Made by a program: the position numbers and the translations under genes. 64,000 nucleotides of DNA from an uncultured Hormoscilla sp. (GTDB taxonomy: Bacteria; Cyanobacteriota; Cyanobacteriia; Cyanobacteriales; Desertifilaceae): the NCBI GenBank assembly GCA_963921275.4, contig OZ001293.3, positions 5,920,001 to 5,984,000 of the forward strand, given 5' to 3'. The stretch's first letter is position 1, and each line of letters begins with the position of its first letter. The notes under the pieces were generated by a model. That model made no database searches. It had not been told where the DNA came from and saw only the letters and a program-made list of their open reading frames with translations. Positions 31,972-44,384 of the stretch are shown piece by piece.

Positions 31972-33021
31972 CTAGAAGAACCAACCGTAAGAATGTAAAC
32001 CTTTACCTAAAAGATTGACACCCAAATAGCAAACCCAGACGACCATAAAGCCAGTGGCTGCTAAAATTGCCGGACGCCGTCCTTGCCAACCCTGGGTAAT
32101 GCGTGCGTGGAGATATGCTGCAAATACTAACCAGGTGATTAGCGCCCATGTTTCTTTCGGATCCCAACTCCAATAGGAACCCCAAGCTTCATTTGCCCAC
32201 ACCGCACCCGCTATGATGCCAATTGTTAACAGGGGAAAGCCCAAACCAATGATCCGATAGCTAATGTTATCTAAGGTTTCCGCTAGACTCAGACGCTGGG
32301 GTGAAAGAGGTGCCGCTATTTCCGTTTTGGGTAATGTTTTGGTCGTGACTACACCCAAAACTGCCGTATTCCCACCATTGTTTTCAGATGATAGAGTCAT
32401 AGGTTGCAGCAGTTCTTGCGTAACTTCTGGGTGAATTACTAATTCTTCCCCTTGGCGCCAGCGGTGGTTGGGACTGCGGAAGCCCCCATTCCCAAAAGAA
32501 CTGCCTCGGAGTTCTACTTTCTGGCCCCGCGTGACGATTAAAAAGACGATCGCGATCGTGGCACCGACCATCAAACAGGCGTAGCTGAGTAGCATGACGC
32601 TGACATGCATCATCAACCAATTAGATTTGAGAGCGGGTACTAAAGGTGCAGAAGACTGCATTTCTGGCGGTAAAGATAGGGCGGCAAAAGCCGTAATTAC
32701 CATGGCGACTGGTGCTGTTGCTGCCCCCACTAGGCGACTGCCACTCATATTTTCTGCTATTAAATGAACCGCCGTTACTCCCCAGGCGATGAAAAATAAT
32801 GATTCGTAAAGATTGCTTAAAGGGAAGTATCTCGCTTCGATCCAGCGGGAAGCAAGTAAGGCCGCCATGCAGAGATTGGCGATCGCCATTCCCGCCGTCC
32901 CCAAAGATCCGAGGAAGGGAACTTCCCGAAATGCTGTCCCGGCCCAATAAATCAGCATGGTTGCGAACAGGACAGCGAAGGCAATATTGTCTAGCCAATT
33001 CTGGAGTGTTACCAGATCCAT
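31972..33021 (-). CDS. ccsB: Cytochrome c biogenesis protein CcsB/CcsA (system II)
   Basis: [32 protein letters not shown] (WWD domain), GLHSYG. Confidence 0.96.
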   Translation of the reverse strand: MDLVTLQNWLDNIAFAVLFATMLIYWAGTAFREVPFLGSLGTAGMAIANLCMAALLASRWIEARYFPLSNLYESLFFIAWGVTAVHLIAENMSGSRLVGAATAPVAMVITAFAALSLPPEMQSSAPLVPALKSNWLMMHVSVMLLSYACLMVGATIAIVFLIVTRGQKVELRGSSFGNGGFRSPNHRWRQGEELVIHPEVTQELLQPMTLSSENNGGNTAVLGVVTTKTLPKTEIAAPLSPQRLSLAETLDNISYRIIGLGFPLLTIGIIAGAVWANEAWGSYWSWDPKETWALITWLVFAAYLHARITQGWQGRRPAILAATGFMVVWVCYLGVNLLGKGLHSYGWFF

Positions 33022-33096
33022 AGATTGTTCTCCTGTTGTTTTCACTGCTATTGATTCTAACTGATTCCCTGGGCTTTGTCAATTCTGACATTCCCT

Positions 33097-35711
33097 CTAT
33101 TCGGGAGAAGCGGTAGGATCGGCACTGGGTAAGACTCCTGGTTCGTCCCTCTGTTTGAGACCGACAAAGATATCGTAGCGGGTTGTGCGATCGCTCTTTA
33201 CCGCAGTTGTGACGCCAATGGAACGAATAGCATTTAACACGGTTTTTTGAGCGGGACGATCAGAAAAGTTAAAATGTTAGGAGCAAACACCCGATCGACA
33301 TCGATAAAAAAATGTCCGTTGTGGGGTGCAAGTTCTAAGGGAACGGTTTGCCTAAAGAAGTCGCTAGTAGCTAAGCTGGGTAGTTTAGGAGATGCTGCTT
33401 CAGTTTGGGGTCGGGGGATAATTGCCTCAGCAACTGGCGCTCCCACAGTCAAGAAGGCGATATTATCATCCAACCAGCCGCGCGTGATATTTAGCAAACC
33501 AAAGGGGGGCGTCCAGACGATTACTTCGCGATCGGCCCCCGAAACATCAGTAATTTGGCTCTCTTCTACCTGGTATTTATATTTTTCCTTCATGATTTCA
33601 TCCAGTTCCTTGAGGGTTTCTACCGCCGCCCGGCGATCGGTTGCTCGCACCATCAAGGACAAGGCAAAGGGGACAGTCGTATCAGTGGAGGAAATCGCTG
33701 GAATCATCGCAATAGAGAACTCCGACTCCATCCAGTTGAGCAAATCTGCTTCTAAATCTAAACCAGTAGTCTGGGCGAGGGCCCGACGCACCCACTCAGC
33801 ATCAATAATCTCAATGGGATTGGCCTCTGCAGAACGAGTATATTCCTGCCATAACCGGGCTAAGTTGCCCCCCAAGATCATCAGCATAGTATCTGTAGGC
33901 AACAGTTCTGGCATCATTTGGGCATTATTTTCTACCACCCGCATCTGGTCACTTTCCGGATGCAGCCAGGAAATTCCCCGAAACAGGATGCCATCAGGCT
34001 GAAGCATCACCGTCGCCGCTAGTCCCTGATTTTGCTGCACTTCCCCTAGCTTCTCTGGAGGAATGGGTTTGGCGGCATTGGCCGACGCGATCGCGGCTGC
34101 TTGGGGCAGGTTAACATACATCCTCGCGAAGGGTTGGGAATTTAGAATTTGGCTTAAGGCTTCCCTGTAGCCCGGAGTTGACCCGAGAGAAGGATTGAGC
34201 TGCTGGTAGGTATCAATTACTCGGTTTATCGCTTGGGGATTGTTGGATGGGGTCGAGCCGGGAATCGCTTCCCGACCCTCCCTTGAGGAACCGGACTTGC
34301 GATTTTCACCGCATCCGGCTACTGGGTACTAGGCCCTTTTCATAGGTAGACTTAATAGGAATTACTTCCGTTAGCCCTTGCCGCCTGTCTTTTCTTCCTT
34401 TCCTGGTTTAGCGAGTGGTTGTTCTGATAACCGTTAGTATCACCATTTTCAAGTCAGTTTTACCAGTTATCCATACCTTATCCTCCACTTGCGTTTCGGA
34501 TTAGTTCCGTGGCTTTTTAGGATTACTCATTCCAGCAGCTTCCTAGTATCACCGACCCACGTCAGCGCTGGCTACCCAGCATCATCTACATTACTGTAGA
34601 TGTTATCCCAGGAATTACCCCGGGCATTCGCTTCTTGGGCCATCCCTCCCCCCGTGGCTTGCGCTTAACATCTAACTTGTCCTGATGGACAGCACACGAG
34701 AGGTTACTTCGTTCCCTAACAACATTTCGCGATACCTTTAGGTCCACACTATACCCCGGGAGCTATTTGAGTACTATATTAGCCAGAGTCTAAAACTAAT
34801 ACTAGCTACCATTTCCTTTTTAGGCCAGCGCATATAGCCTTATTTCGCTGGTTCCTTATAACGAGGCTTGCACATGTTTGCCTGCTCTAACCTTGGATAT
34901 CTTTCCTAGCGGCGTCACCGGCTTAGGCTGCCAGTTATCCTACATTTGAGTCCTCGCTTAGCACCACGATGATGTCGCTTCGTAGCACCGAGGACCGGTG
35001 TCACCCCCGTACCTGGGGGGAGGGGAATTTAACCCCTATGCGGTCAGAGTTCCCGGCTAATGAAACCGGGCTAGCGTTCCGTGTTTGACCACGTTAGGCT
35101 AGAACGAATCGCACAGTCACCACTAGGTAACGAGTCGATAGTACCGCAGTTGAATATAGCTCATCGGCAGTTTTTTGGGTTTCTTTGATCTTAATGCCCT
35201 TGTAGCTGCGCTCAACCCATGTCTCTTGGGACTCTTGCTGGTCTAGCAACTGCTTTGCTAGCAACTGCTTTGCTAGCAATGGGTTGGCAACTGGCATCAC
35301 CATGACTAGAGGCTTTTCGGACTGGGTTAAGGTACTACTGCTTGGAGATGGCCCAGCTGACGATAAAAAGGCAACTGTTACCTCGGAACCCACCCAAGGT
35401 TGGATGTCTTTGCTATAGTCGTAGCCATTGGCTATCAGCAAGCGATCGCGCAGTTCCACCAACCGTGCATCGAAGGCTGCTTGGGTTTCGGGGGTGCCAA
35501 ACTGGCGTAGTTTCTGCCACTGCTCCTGATTTGTGGTCATAGAGATACTCATCAGGGCATCTTGGGGAACTACCTCCACCCCCACCGGCATAGTATCTAG
35601 CACTTCTTTTTGCTTTTGAGCCAAGAACCAGTAAGCTGCTGTACCGTTAGCAATTAGTAAGGCGGCTGCGGGAGCAGCCAGTAGCAGAGGTGTTTTTTGA
35701 TTTTTAGTCAT
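33097..35711 (-). pseudogene. DUF3352-type protein interrupted by a sense group II intron, with a frameshift near the 3' end
   Basis: Exons 35711-35116 and 34245 onward join in frame (LVVTNNPQAINRVIDTYQ); likely true C-terminus NAIRSIGVTTAV...RYDIFV is in a shifted frame ending TAG at 33097. Confidence 0.75.
34246..35114 (-). mobile_element. ORF-less group II intron, near-identical copy of 11359-12228
   Basis: Reverse complement of the first copy, with one substitution and one 1-nt indel noticed; same orientation as its host gene. Confidence 0.93.
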
Positions 35712-36314
35712 GGAGTCAAGCCTTTGTCAGTTGTCTGTTGTCAGTTATCAGCACCATCCCTTATAGTAGGTGATTATGTCAGAGAGCCAAAATACTTAGA
35801 AACTGCTCCGGACATGCTTGCGATCTGTCTGGGTGAGACAAACCTCTAGTTTCTGTCCGATCTTAATTTGGGATTCCGACCAATATATCAGAATAAATAA
35901 GTAGTCGGACATCAGTTAAAGCATTATGTATCTATTATGTAAAATTATATCAAACCTATAATTGGTGGGTGCATCCCATATTTGCCTCGCCGCCCGAACC
36001 CTAAAGGGCCCGGCTACACGAACAAAGCCCGCCTGCGCGGGCTACATTACATGCATTGAGATGCACCCTAATTGATGATACTTTTATGCTTTTTTTTGCT
36101 TTTGGTCGCACTACTCAATACTTGACGAAGGAACTACTTATCCCCCGAGATAGAATTGGGTGCAGTCGGGAGCGGTTGGCGATCGCAGTTAAGCGCGAAG
36201 TTGCTACCACATCGAACATCGCACCAGAAGAGAGCTTCAAATAAACACAGAGCAAGGGTTATAGCGTTATTGACGTTCAAATTCAAATCTAAAAATAATT
36301 ACGCCCTACTACTT

Positions 36315-37214
36315 ATGACACGGACCAACAAAACACCTCAAGAGCAACGGAGATTCCTACAGGAAGTTTTGAAGGCCACCTACAGCAGTAAGGGAGAGCC
36401 CAAAGTCCTGTACCCGCTGCTGCAAGAGAAACTGGAGCAGCTGGACGAGAGCTTGGCTCAGCTATTACCTGCTTGGGCCATGCAGAAATTTACTACAGTC
36501 GAACCAGCTACAGCCAAAATTCTCGCAGAAACATTGCTTGACTTTAGCGAACTAGTCGAGGAGTTTCCCTAAGGGAGCAAACTTAGCAATTTGGCAATTG
36601 CTATTGCTAGCTATCAAGCGGCTTTACAGTTTTTTACCGATAAGCATTACTCAAAGGAGTTTACCAAAACTCAGGCAGCCTTGGCAACGGCTAAACAGCG
36701 ACAAATTTTGGCTCTTGACAATAAAAAGTCCCTATCAACTCCAGACGGCTAGCGTTATACCCGCCAGAAGCGGCAGCATAGAGAAGTGTATCTCTCAGAA
36801 AAGGTTGAGGCGCGTTCCAATTCCTTGTGGTCTGCCGCTGGCTATGGGTTATTGCTGTTTGCGGTAATTGAATATGCTAATATCTTAATTCCCTGGTCCT
36901 GGACAGATCCTGTCTGGAAATTTCAGACTCCCCTAGTATCAGCTGTTTGGACTCCTTTATTGGGGCTGATATTGGTATTTTCCCGTCGGCAAGATTATGT
37001 GGCAAGAGCGGAAATGCATCTATTGCGGTTGTTGTCCTGGGTTTCTCTGCTGCTGGGGATGTTCTATCTGTGGATGCTAGTTTTAAAAGTTGGTCATACC
37101 TGGCAGATATATGCAGCTCGCGGGGTGCTTCCTTCTAGGACAATTTCTCAAACAACGGGACAACAGCGGCAACGCAAATATGAGATGCACCCGAATCACC
37201 TGCTATGGTGCTGA
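36315..37214 (+). pseudogene. Helical N-terminal module fused to an HpsJ-like membrane domain; two in-frame stops, truncated
   Basis: Stops at 36570 and 36750 in one continuous frame; GYGLLLF...ILIP...DP.W.FQT...PLLGL.LVF resembles HpsJ; MITE end at about 37175. Confidence 0.6.
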
Positions 37215-37379
37215 CAACCCCCTGACAGGCTTGACAGACTGACCGCCTCCCGACATGCTCCCGCCCCTGTCCTACAGGCTGCGCTACTGGCATGGGATCG
37301 CGCCAGAAATGTTAGACATCCCAGAGAGTCGGGGCATTTGGTTGTGATTTACGGCTCCGAAAAATGGTATGATTTGATT

Positions 37380-39248
37380 ATGATGAAAGCAACAGAGCAG
37401 TTCACCTTCCTATTGGAAGTATTGAAAACCACCTACACTAGCAAGGGCGATCGACAGGTCGTCTACCCCCTGCTGCAAGAGAAACTGGTGCATCTGGACG
37501 AGGGCTTGGCCTCACTATTGCTTCTTTGGGCAAGGGAGAGGTTGACGACAGCTAAGCCAGCTACCGCGAAAACCCTAGCAGAAACAGTTCTTAACTTTAG
37601 CGAACTGATGGCGCAGTTCCCCCAAGGCAGCAAGGAACGTAATCTGTCCATTGCGATCGCTGGCTATCAAGCTGCTTTACGGGTTTTTACGGAGGAGCTT
37701 TGTCCCCAAGAGTTTGCCAAAGCTGAGGCAGCTTTAATAGCAGCCAAAGATGAACGCCAACAAATTCTGGAATTTGAGGCGATATCGGCAGATGTTGTGC
37801 AACTGAGACAACAGCTAGCAGCAACTGAGGCGACTCTCAAAAGGATGGCAGAGGAAGTGACGGCATCAAAGGTAGCCAACCACCAGTGGGACCTGACCCC
37901 TCTGATCGAAACTATTCGGGAGATTCAGCCCCGAGAAAATGTGACACACTCTGGGATTATCCTCCCAGAGGAATAATTTAATACAGCCATATTATACGAT
38001 ATTGAAAACCTTACCAAGGGGTACAACTTCACCCCAAATTTCATCTCTAAATTGTCTCTGCAAAGGATTGTAGAACAAATCCGCTCCCAACATCAATTCG
38101 GGAAACTAGCGATCCAACGGGCCTATGCTAATTGGAGTGTTCCCCAGTTGAAGCAGATTAAGAATGAAATCCTCTCTCTAGGAATAGAACCGATTCAAGT
38201 ATTCGGTTTTGGGTTAAATTCGCAAAAGAATGCCGCCGATATTCAGCTGACGATTGATGCCATAGAGTTCATCCATAACAAACCCTCGATTCAATTATTT
38301 ATTATTGTTTCTGGGGATGGTGCTTTTGCCTCGGTTGCCAATAAACTGCATGAATATGGAAAAACAGTAATTGGCTGCGCCTATGAGAAATCTACTAATT
38401 CTTTCTTAGAAGCAGTTTGTGATGCTTTTGTGCCTATTACCGATCCAGAAACTATAGTAGTTAAAGTTATACAGCCCCAGAATGAAGATGAAATATTAGT
38501 TGAGGCCAGAGCAATTTTGCAGTGGCTCAATCAGCATCCAGAGTACGGACGCCAGCTGTTAACTGAAGGCATGTATCTCAGCGAAGTCTGGAAGGTTTTT
38601 ACTGAAAGAATACCCAACTTTAACTACAAACTGTTTGGCTTTGAAAAATGGAAACCTTGTTTGAATTTTATTTGTGCAGGAACAGAATTTAGCGTTATTG
38701 ACAAAACTCCTACTGAGCCCAGACTGGTTGTCAAAGATGTGAAAGATGCGGTGGTCTCCGAGGTCCCCGATCGCGACACGGTGTCCTCGGCCATAGTCGA
38801 AGTGGAAGTCGAGGCAAATAAGATGCCAACTTCAGTATCGGGCAATATTCATTCTTTGAGCAAGTACCGCAAAATTCTCTCAGCTGGCTATCCCATTTTC
38901 CGACTGCCACCGCCATCGGATTTAAGTCAGGTATTGGCATGTCTTGTCCAAAATCCTTTAACTGGAGAAAAATTAGAAGAGGGAATTGCTAAATTAACTA
39001 GGCTGATGGCACCGTCAGTCAGCCAACAATCGGTGAAAAAATCTCTGTTGGTACTGCTTTCTGCTGAGTGTTTTGTTACGGAACCGAAGGGGGGCAATTT
39101 ACCCGATCTTAGTTTAACTCTAAAGCCAGAGCTTAACTCGCCAGGGGCAGTCTTGCAAGCTGTGGCAGATCCTATGCGTACAAAACTGCTCAAGCATATG
39201 ACTCACATAGATGAAAATATCTGGCGGGAACTTATGCCTTTGTCTTAA
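37380..39248 (+). pseudogene. NYN (LabA/DUF88 PIN-fold) domain protein with N-terminal helical module; in-frame stop
   Basis: TAA at 37974 then AILYDIENL, KNAADIQLTIDAI, IVSGDGAF; FNYKLFGF suggests a LOTUS/OST-HTH domain. Confidence 0.8.
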
Positions 39249-39366
39249 CTTACGAACGGGGAAAGACTAAAGTCTTTACTACGAACGGGGAAAGACTTCG
39301 GGAAAAGACTAAAGTTTTTACTACGAACGGCTTTACCCAGCCACGCGGCCGGGTGTCCTCACAATT

Positions 39367-40569
39367 CTATCCCTTCATTTTCTCGGACCACACCCGAGTT
39401 GGCAATCCCCAAACGTAGATAAATCCTTCCGCTGCTTTGTGATCGAACCGATCTTCTTCTCCATAGGTCGCGAGATCGGAACTGTAAAGGGAATTCTCTG
39501 ACTGGCGTCCCACAATGGTTGCTGTTCCCTTAAACAATTTCACCCGCACGGTCCCCGTGACTTGTTCCTGGGTTTGTTGAATAAAGGCATCTAATGCTGC
39601 TTTCAAGGGACTGTACCAAAGTCCGTTATACACCAGTTTGCTGTAGGTTTCTTCCATGCCCCGCTTGTATTGCGTCACGTCTGCGGTTAAGGTTAAACTT
39701 TCTAAATCCCGGTGGGCTTGGATTAATACTAATAACCCGGGAACTTCGTAAATTTCCCGCGATTTGATCCCGACTAACCGGTTCTCGATCATGTCGATGC
39801 GCCCGAAACCGTGATTCCCGACAATTTCGTTGAGTTTGCTCACTAAGGCTACGGGGGCCAGGGTTTCACTGTTAATTGTGGTGGGAATGCCCTTGACGAA
39901 CCCAATTTCTACATATTCTGGACTGTCGGGGGTGTCGGCGATCGCCTTAGTCATCAGATAAATTTCCTCTGGCGGTTCCGTCATGGGATCTTCCAATGGA
40001 CCTGCTTCAATACTGCGCCCTAACAAGTTGCGATCGATACTGTAGGGAGATTTCTTGGTGACAGGTGCGGGAATGCCGAAGCGTTCGCCATATTCGATGG
40101 TTTGCTCGCGGGAAAATCCCCATTCCCGGGCGGGGGCCAGGATTTTCAACTGGGGGTTGAGGGCGGTAGTGGAGACATCGAAGCGCACCTGATCGTTACC
40201 TTTGCCAGTGCAACCGTGGGCGATCGCATCTGCGCCATATTTTGCCGCTGCTTCTACCAACAGCTTAGCTATCAGGGGACGGGCGAGGGAGGTGGAGAGG
40301 GGATAGCGATTTTCATAGAGGGCATTGGCCTGAATTGCGGGAAAGGCGTAATCTGTGACAAAATCCTCTTTGGCATCAACAACCAGAGATTCGCTAGCAC
40401 CTGCTTTGAGGGCTTTTTGCTGAATTGGTCCTAATTCATCACCCTGTCCCAAATCTGCGGCCAGGGTAATTACTTCTTTGACGCCCCACTCCTGCTTGAG
40501 ATAGGGGATACAGACGGAGGTATCGACTCCGCCAGAATAGGCGAGTATCACCTTAGTAGCGCGACCCAT
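39367..40569 (-). CDS. argG: Argininosuccinate synthase
   Basis: [37 protein letters not shown]. Confidence 0.98.
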   Translation of the reverse strand: MGRATKVILAYSGGVDTSVCIPYLKQEWGVKEVITLAADLGQGDELGPIQQKALKAGASESLVVDAKEDFVTDYAFPAIQANALYENRYPLSTSLARPLIAKLLVEAAAKYGADAIAHGCTGKGNDQVRFDVSTTALNPQLKILAPAREWGFSREQTIEYGERFGIPAPVTKKSPYSIDRNLLGRSIEAGPLEDPMTEPPEEIYLMTKAIADTPDSPEYVEIGFVKGIPTTINSETLAPVALVSKLNEIVGNHGFGRIDMIENRLVGIKSREIYEVPGLLVLIQAHRDLESLTLTADVTQYKRGMEETYSKLVYNGLWYSPLKAALDAFIQQTQEQVTGTVRVKLFKGTATIVGRQSENSLYSSDLATYGEEDRFDHKAAEGFIYVWGLPTRVWSEKMKG

Positions 40570-40836
40570 AGGTAATCATTCTCAAAAACGACTAATCCGC
40601 TATTGTATATGGTCGCGAGCCAATAACTATATCCCTAGAAACCTTTTTTCCCAGTAGTCCCGAGGCCCGAAAGGCTTACAGGGAAAGGCTTACATGATTG
40701 CTCGGGGGGCGATCTGCTCCTGGATCGCCTGGTCAGTGTAAAATATTTGTATACTGCGTTAGTGACGGAACTGCGCTTTTTGGGGCAGTAAATAATATCA
40801 TTGCGAGGGGGGGATAATTGAGATATCCTTGTGCAA

Positions 40837-41032
40837 GTGCGATTCGTTGAGGAGTAAACCGGTGACGGTGAAAGTCTAGTCTGGTTTCATTTGCCAGACA
40901 ACTCTGGTTATCATGGGGGTTAAATTCCCTCTCCCCAGGTGTGGGGGGTCGAGGGTACTACCGGTCCTTAGTGCCACAGAGTCACATCGCTGTGGTGCGG
41001 AGCTAGGACTTAAATGTAGGATAGCTGGCAGC
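40837..41032 (+). mobile_element. 5' fragment of a related group II intron (domain I only)
   Basis: GTGCGATTCG start; shares CATGGGGGTTAAATTCCC and GGACTTAAATGTAGGATAGCTGGCAGC with the complete introns; no domain V. Confidence 0.75.
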
Positions 41033-41449
41033 GCGAAAAATCGCAATGACACCAACAAGACGTTATCCTACTCAGGGCGTGGAGATTGCTAGCTGCTGCG
41101 CAGCCGCTGCGCGAACGGGGGGTCTTGCTGTTGTGCGCACCGGGTGCGGTCAAAAGTAGTTGCATTGGTAGGGTGGGCACCTTCGATATATCCGGAGAGC
41201 TGTCCCCGGGGAGCGCTACATGCGCTGCGCGCACCGGGCTACGCGCGATCGCTGCGCGAAAAATCGCACTACCCCGGGGACAGCTCGCGCTAATCGCACT
41301 ACTCCGGATATATCGACCCACCATTCGCGGGTTTGGGCAACAACAACCAACTGACGCATGACCACACCCCCAGGGGTTGACAAGGTGGCTCGGCTGTGAG
41401 TAGAATAGATTGGGTTAGGGCAGAGCAACTGCGTTCGACACAATGACTT

Positions 41450-41600
41450 GTCGGCGTTGGGTAGTGAAGGGTCGGCGTTGGGTAGTGAAGGGTCGGCGTT
41501 GGGTAGTGAAGGGTCGGCGTTGGGTAGTGAAGGGTCGGCGTTGGGTAGTGAAGGGTCGGCGTTGGGTAGTGAAGGGTCGGCGTTGGGTAGTCAAAAATCG
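41450..41600. repeat. 21-bp tandem repeat GTCGGCGTTGGGTAGTGAAGG (about 7 units, degenerate units to about 41900)
   Basis: Perfect tandem copies. Confidence 0.9.
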
Positions 41601-42017
41601 GCGTTAGCTCTCCACCCCTGCGCGTTGAGGAGCGACCCGTGCCCGTTGTCGCTCCACCCGTGCCCGTTGTCGTTCCACCTGGGTTGGGTTAAGCTTGCAC
41701 CTGGGCGGCGCGTTAAGCTTGCACCTAAGTGCGTTGAGTAGTGACCTATAAACAGACCATAGTGAACCGTGCGCGTTAAGCACAACGAGACCGCGTTAAG
41801 CACAACGAGCACTCGTTCCCCTAAACGTAACCAATATCCCAGGGAACGACATGTGAAGTGCAATGCCCGATCGCGCGGCGCCAGCCGTGTACCAACGGGT
41901 TTTGACCACACCCGTGCGAACCAGAGTTGCTACTTTGAGAACCCCCCACGCTGCGCGAAAAATCGCAATGACACCAACAAGACGTTAAAGTGTAATTTTG
42001 CCAATTGTTTGATTGTT

Positions 42018-42956
42018 GTGTTTTTTAGCGTTGTCATTCCTACGTATAATCGCTTGCCGATTCTGTCCAAGGGCCTGAAAGCCTTAGAACGGCAGCAATT
42101 TACTAATGCTGCTGTTACTGGTTATGAAGTTGTGGTGGTCGATGATGGTTCGACAGATGAGACTTTGGCCTGGTTAGAGTCCCGTGGGGCTGAGTTCCCC
42201 CACGTGCGATCGCTCTGTCAGCGGCACCAAGGACCAGCAGCAGCCCGCAATCTGGGTGTAGAATCGGCCAAAGGCGATACGATCGTCTTTATTGATAGCG
42301 ATCTAGTGGTTACGGAAAATTTCCTGCAAGCTCATGCAGATGCACTGCTGCGGGGACGAGAGAAATTAGGGAGCGATCGCCTGTTCGCCTACGGTCGGGT
42401 GGTGAACACCTGCAACTTCGAGGATCCCACATCGGAACCATACAAGATTACTGATTTTTCTGCTGCCTATTTTGCTACGGGAAATGTAGCTATTGCGCGG
42501 AAATGGCTCGATGAGGCCGGGCTATTCGACCCCAGGTTTCAACTTTATGGCTGGGAAGACTTAGAACTGGGGGTGAGACTGAAACAAATGGGATTAAAAC
42601 TGATCAAATGTCCCGCTGCGGTAGGCTATCACTGGCATCCTCCCTTCGCCCTAGACCAAATTCCGGGGATGATCGATCGGGAAATTCAACGGGGAAGGAT
42701 GGGGGTTTTGTTCTATCAAAAACATCCTACCTGGGAAGTCAGGATGATGATTCAAATGACCTGGTTGCATCTGTTCCTCTGGGGTATGCTATCCTTGGGT
42801 GGGAGGCTGAACGAACGGACGATATGGCCCTGGTTGCAATGGGCGATCGATCGGGGAAAATCGCAATTAGCCTTGGAAGTGGCGAGAATATTTCTGAATT
42901 GGTATAATGTCAAGGCAGTCTATGCAGCCTATAATGAAATGAAGTCGTCAATGTAA
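42018..42956 (+). CDS. Glycosyltransferase family 2
   Basis: SVVIPTYNR, VVDDGSTD, GPAAARN.G, FIDSD, YGWED. Confidence 0.93.
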   Translation: MFFSVVIPTYNRLPILSKGLKALERQQFTNAAVTGYEVVVVDDGSTDETLAWLESRGAEFPHVRSLCQRHQGPAAARNLGVESAKGDTIVFIDSDLVVTENFLQAHADALLRGREKLGSDRLFAYGRVVNTCNFEDPTSEPYKITDFSAAYFATGNVAIARKWLDEAGLFDPRFQLYGWEDLELGVRLKQMGLKLIKCPAAVGYHWHPPFALDQIPGMIDREIQRGRMGVLFYQKHPTWEVRMMIQMTWLHLFLWGMLSLGGRLNERTIWPWLQWAIDRGKSQLALEVARIFLNWYNVKAVYAAYNEMKSSM

Positions 42957-42971
42957 AAGATTCGGGAGATT

Positions 42972-43538
42972 ATGATGTCAGTAGCATTACTCAAGCGGTT
43001 GTTGTTTACGGTAGAAGATTACCACAAAATGATTGCCAGTGGAGTCTTGACAGAGTCCGATAGAGTAGAACTTATCCGAGGAGAAATTGTCGAAATGTCA
43101 CCTATTGGTCCAGTTCATGCTGAGTATGTAGATCGTCTTAACGAATTGTTTATGTCGCGTCTAATAGGAAGGATAAGGATTAGAGTCCAAAATCCTGTAG
43201 AATTAGACGACACATCCGAACCACAACCAGATATAGCATTGCTGCGACGACGCCCAAATTTTTACATAGCAGGACATCCTCAGCCAGAGGATGTATTTTT
43301 GTTAGTAGAAGTAGCAGACTCGACTGTTAGAAAAGACCGGGAGGTGAAAGTTCCACTCTATGCTGAAGATAACATTTCTGAAGTCTGGCTGGTGGATATC
43401 AACGAACAATGTCTGGAAGTTTATCGCGAACCTTCTGTTAACGGATACCAAAATGTGCAGAAGCTAGAGTCTGGGGACACTGTGACTATTCAAGCTTTTC
43501 CGGATGTGGTGTTTGCTGTTGATGAAATATTGGGTTAA
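42972..43538 (+). CDS. Uma2 family endonuclease
   Basis: RVELIRGEI, EPQPDIAL, LLVEVADS, K.PLYA. Confidence 0.9.
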   Translation: MMSVALLKRLLFTVEDYHKMIASGVLTESDRVELIRGEIVEMSPIGPVHAEYVDRLNELFMSRLIGRIRIRVQNPVELDDTSEPQPDIALLRRRPNFYIAGHPQPEDVFLLVEVADSTVRKDREVKVPLYAEDNISEVWLVDINEQCLEVYREPSVNGYQNVQKLESGDTVTIQAFPDVVFAVDEILG

Positions 43539-43682
43539 TATAATTCTTTCACTTCGCTGTTAACCCGCCGGGGGTTAAAACAGACTAATAGATTTTGGAA
43601 AAAGGTTGCGATAAATAAAAGTAACTGTAGGTTGGTCTGTTAAGTTGGTCTTTTAAATGAAAATGCTATTCGGGAGGTAAGT

Positions 43683-44243
43683 ATGTCTGTAGCATTAGTC
43701 AAGCGGTTGTTTACGGTAGAATACTACTACAAAATGATGGCAGCGGGGATCTTGAAAGAGTGCGATCGGGTAGAACTTATCCGTGGCGAAATTGTCCAAA
43801 TGTTGCCTATTAGTCCAGTACATGCTGGTTATGTAAACCATCTTAGTGAATTATTTATTCTGCGTTTAGTTCCAAGGGTAACGGTTAGAGTCCAAAATCC
43901 AGTAGAATTAGACGAGACATCCAAACTTCAACCCGATCTAGCAGTGGCGCAAAGACGAGCAGATTTTTACGAAGCAGGACATCCTCACCCTTCAGATGTA
44001 TTTTTGTTAGTAGAAGTAGCAGATACGACTGTTAGAAAAGACCGGGAGGTGAAAATACCACTCTATGCTGAAGATAACATTCCGGAAGTCTGGCTAGTGA
44101 ATGTCAACGAATAATGTCTGGAAGTTTATCGCGAACCTTCTGTTAATGGCTATCGGAATGTGGTATTGCTAGAGTCGGGGGAAACTGTGACTATTCAAAC
44201 TTTTCCGGATGTGGTGTTTGCTGTCGATGAAATCTTGGGTTGA
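43683..44243 (+). pseudogene. Tandem Uma2 paralogue with a CAA>TAA nonsense codon
   Basis: TAA at 44112 where the paralogue has CAA; homology continues to TGA at 44241. Confidence 0.88.
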
Positions 44244-44384
44244 GAGAATTGGTCTTTATGGCGGGAGATCGCGCTTAGGTTTCCAGTCCAATAGAAAGGG
44301 CGCGATCGCGGATTTGGTGTTTCTACAACTGTAGGTTGGGTTGAGGCACGAAACCCAACAGCCCCGGACATACTTTTGAAGGTC

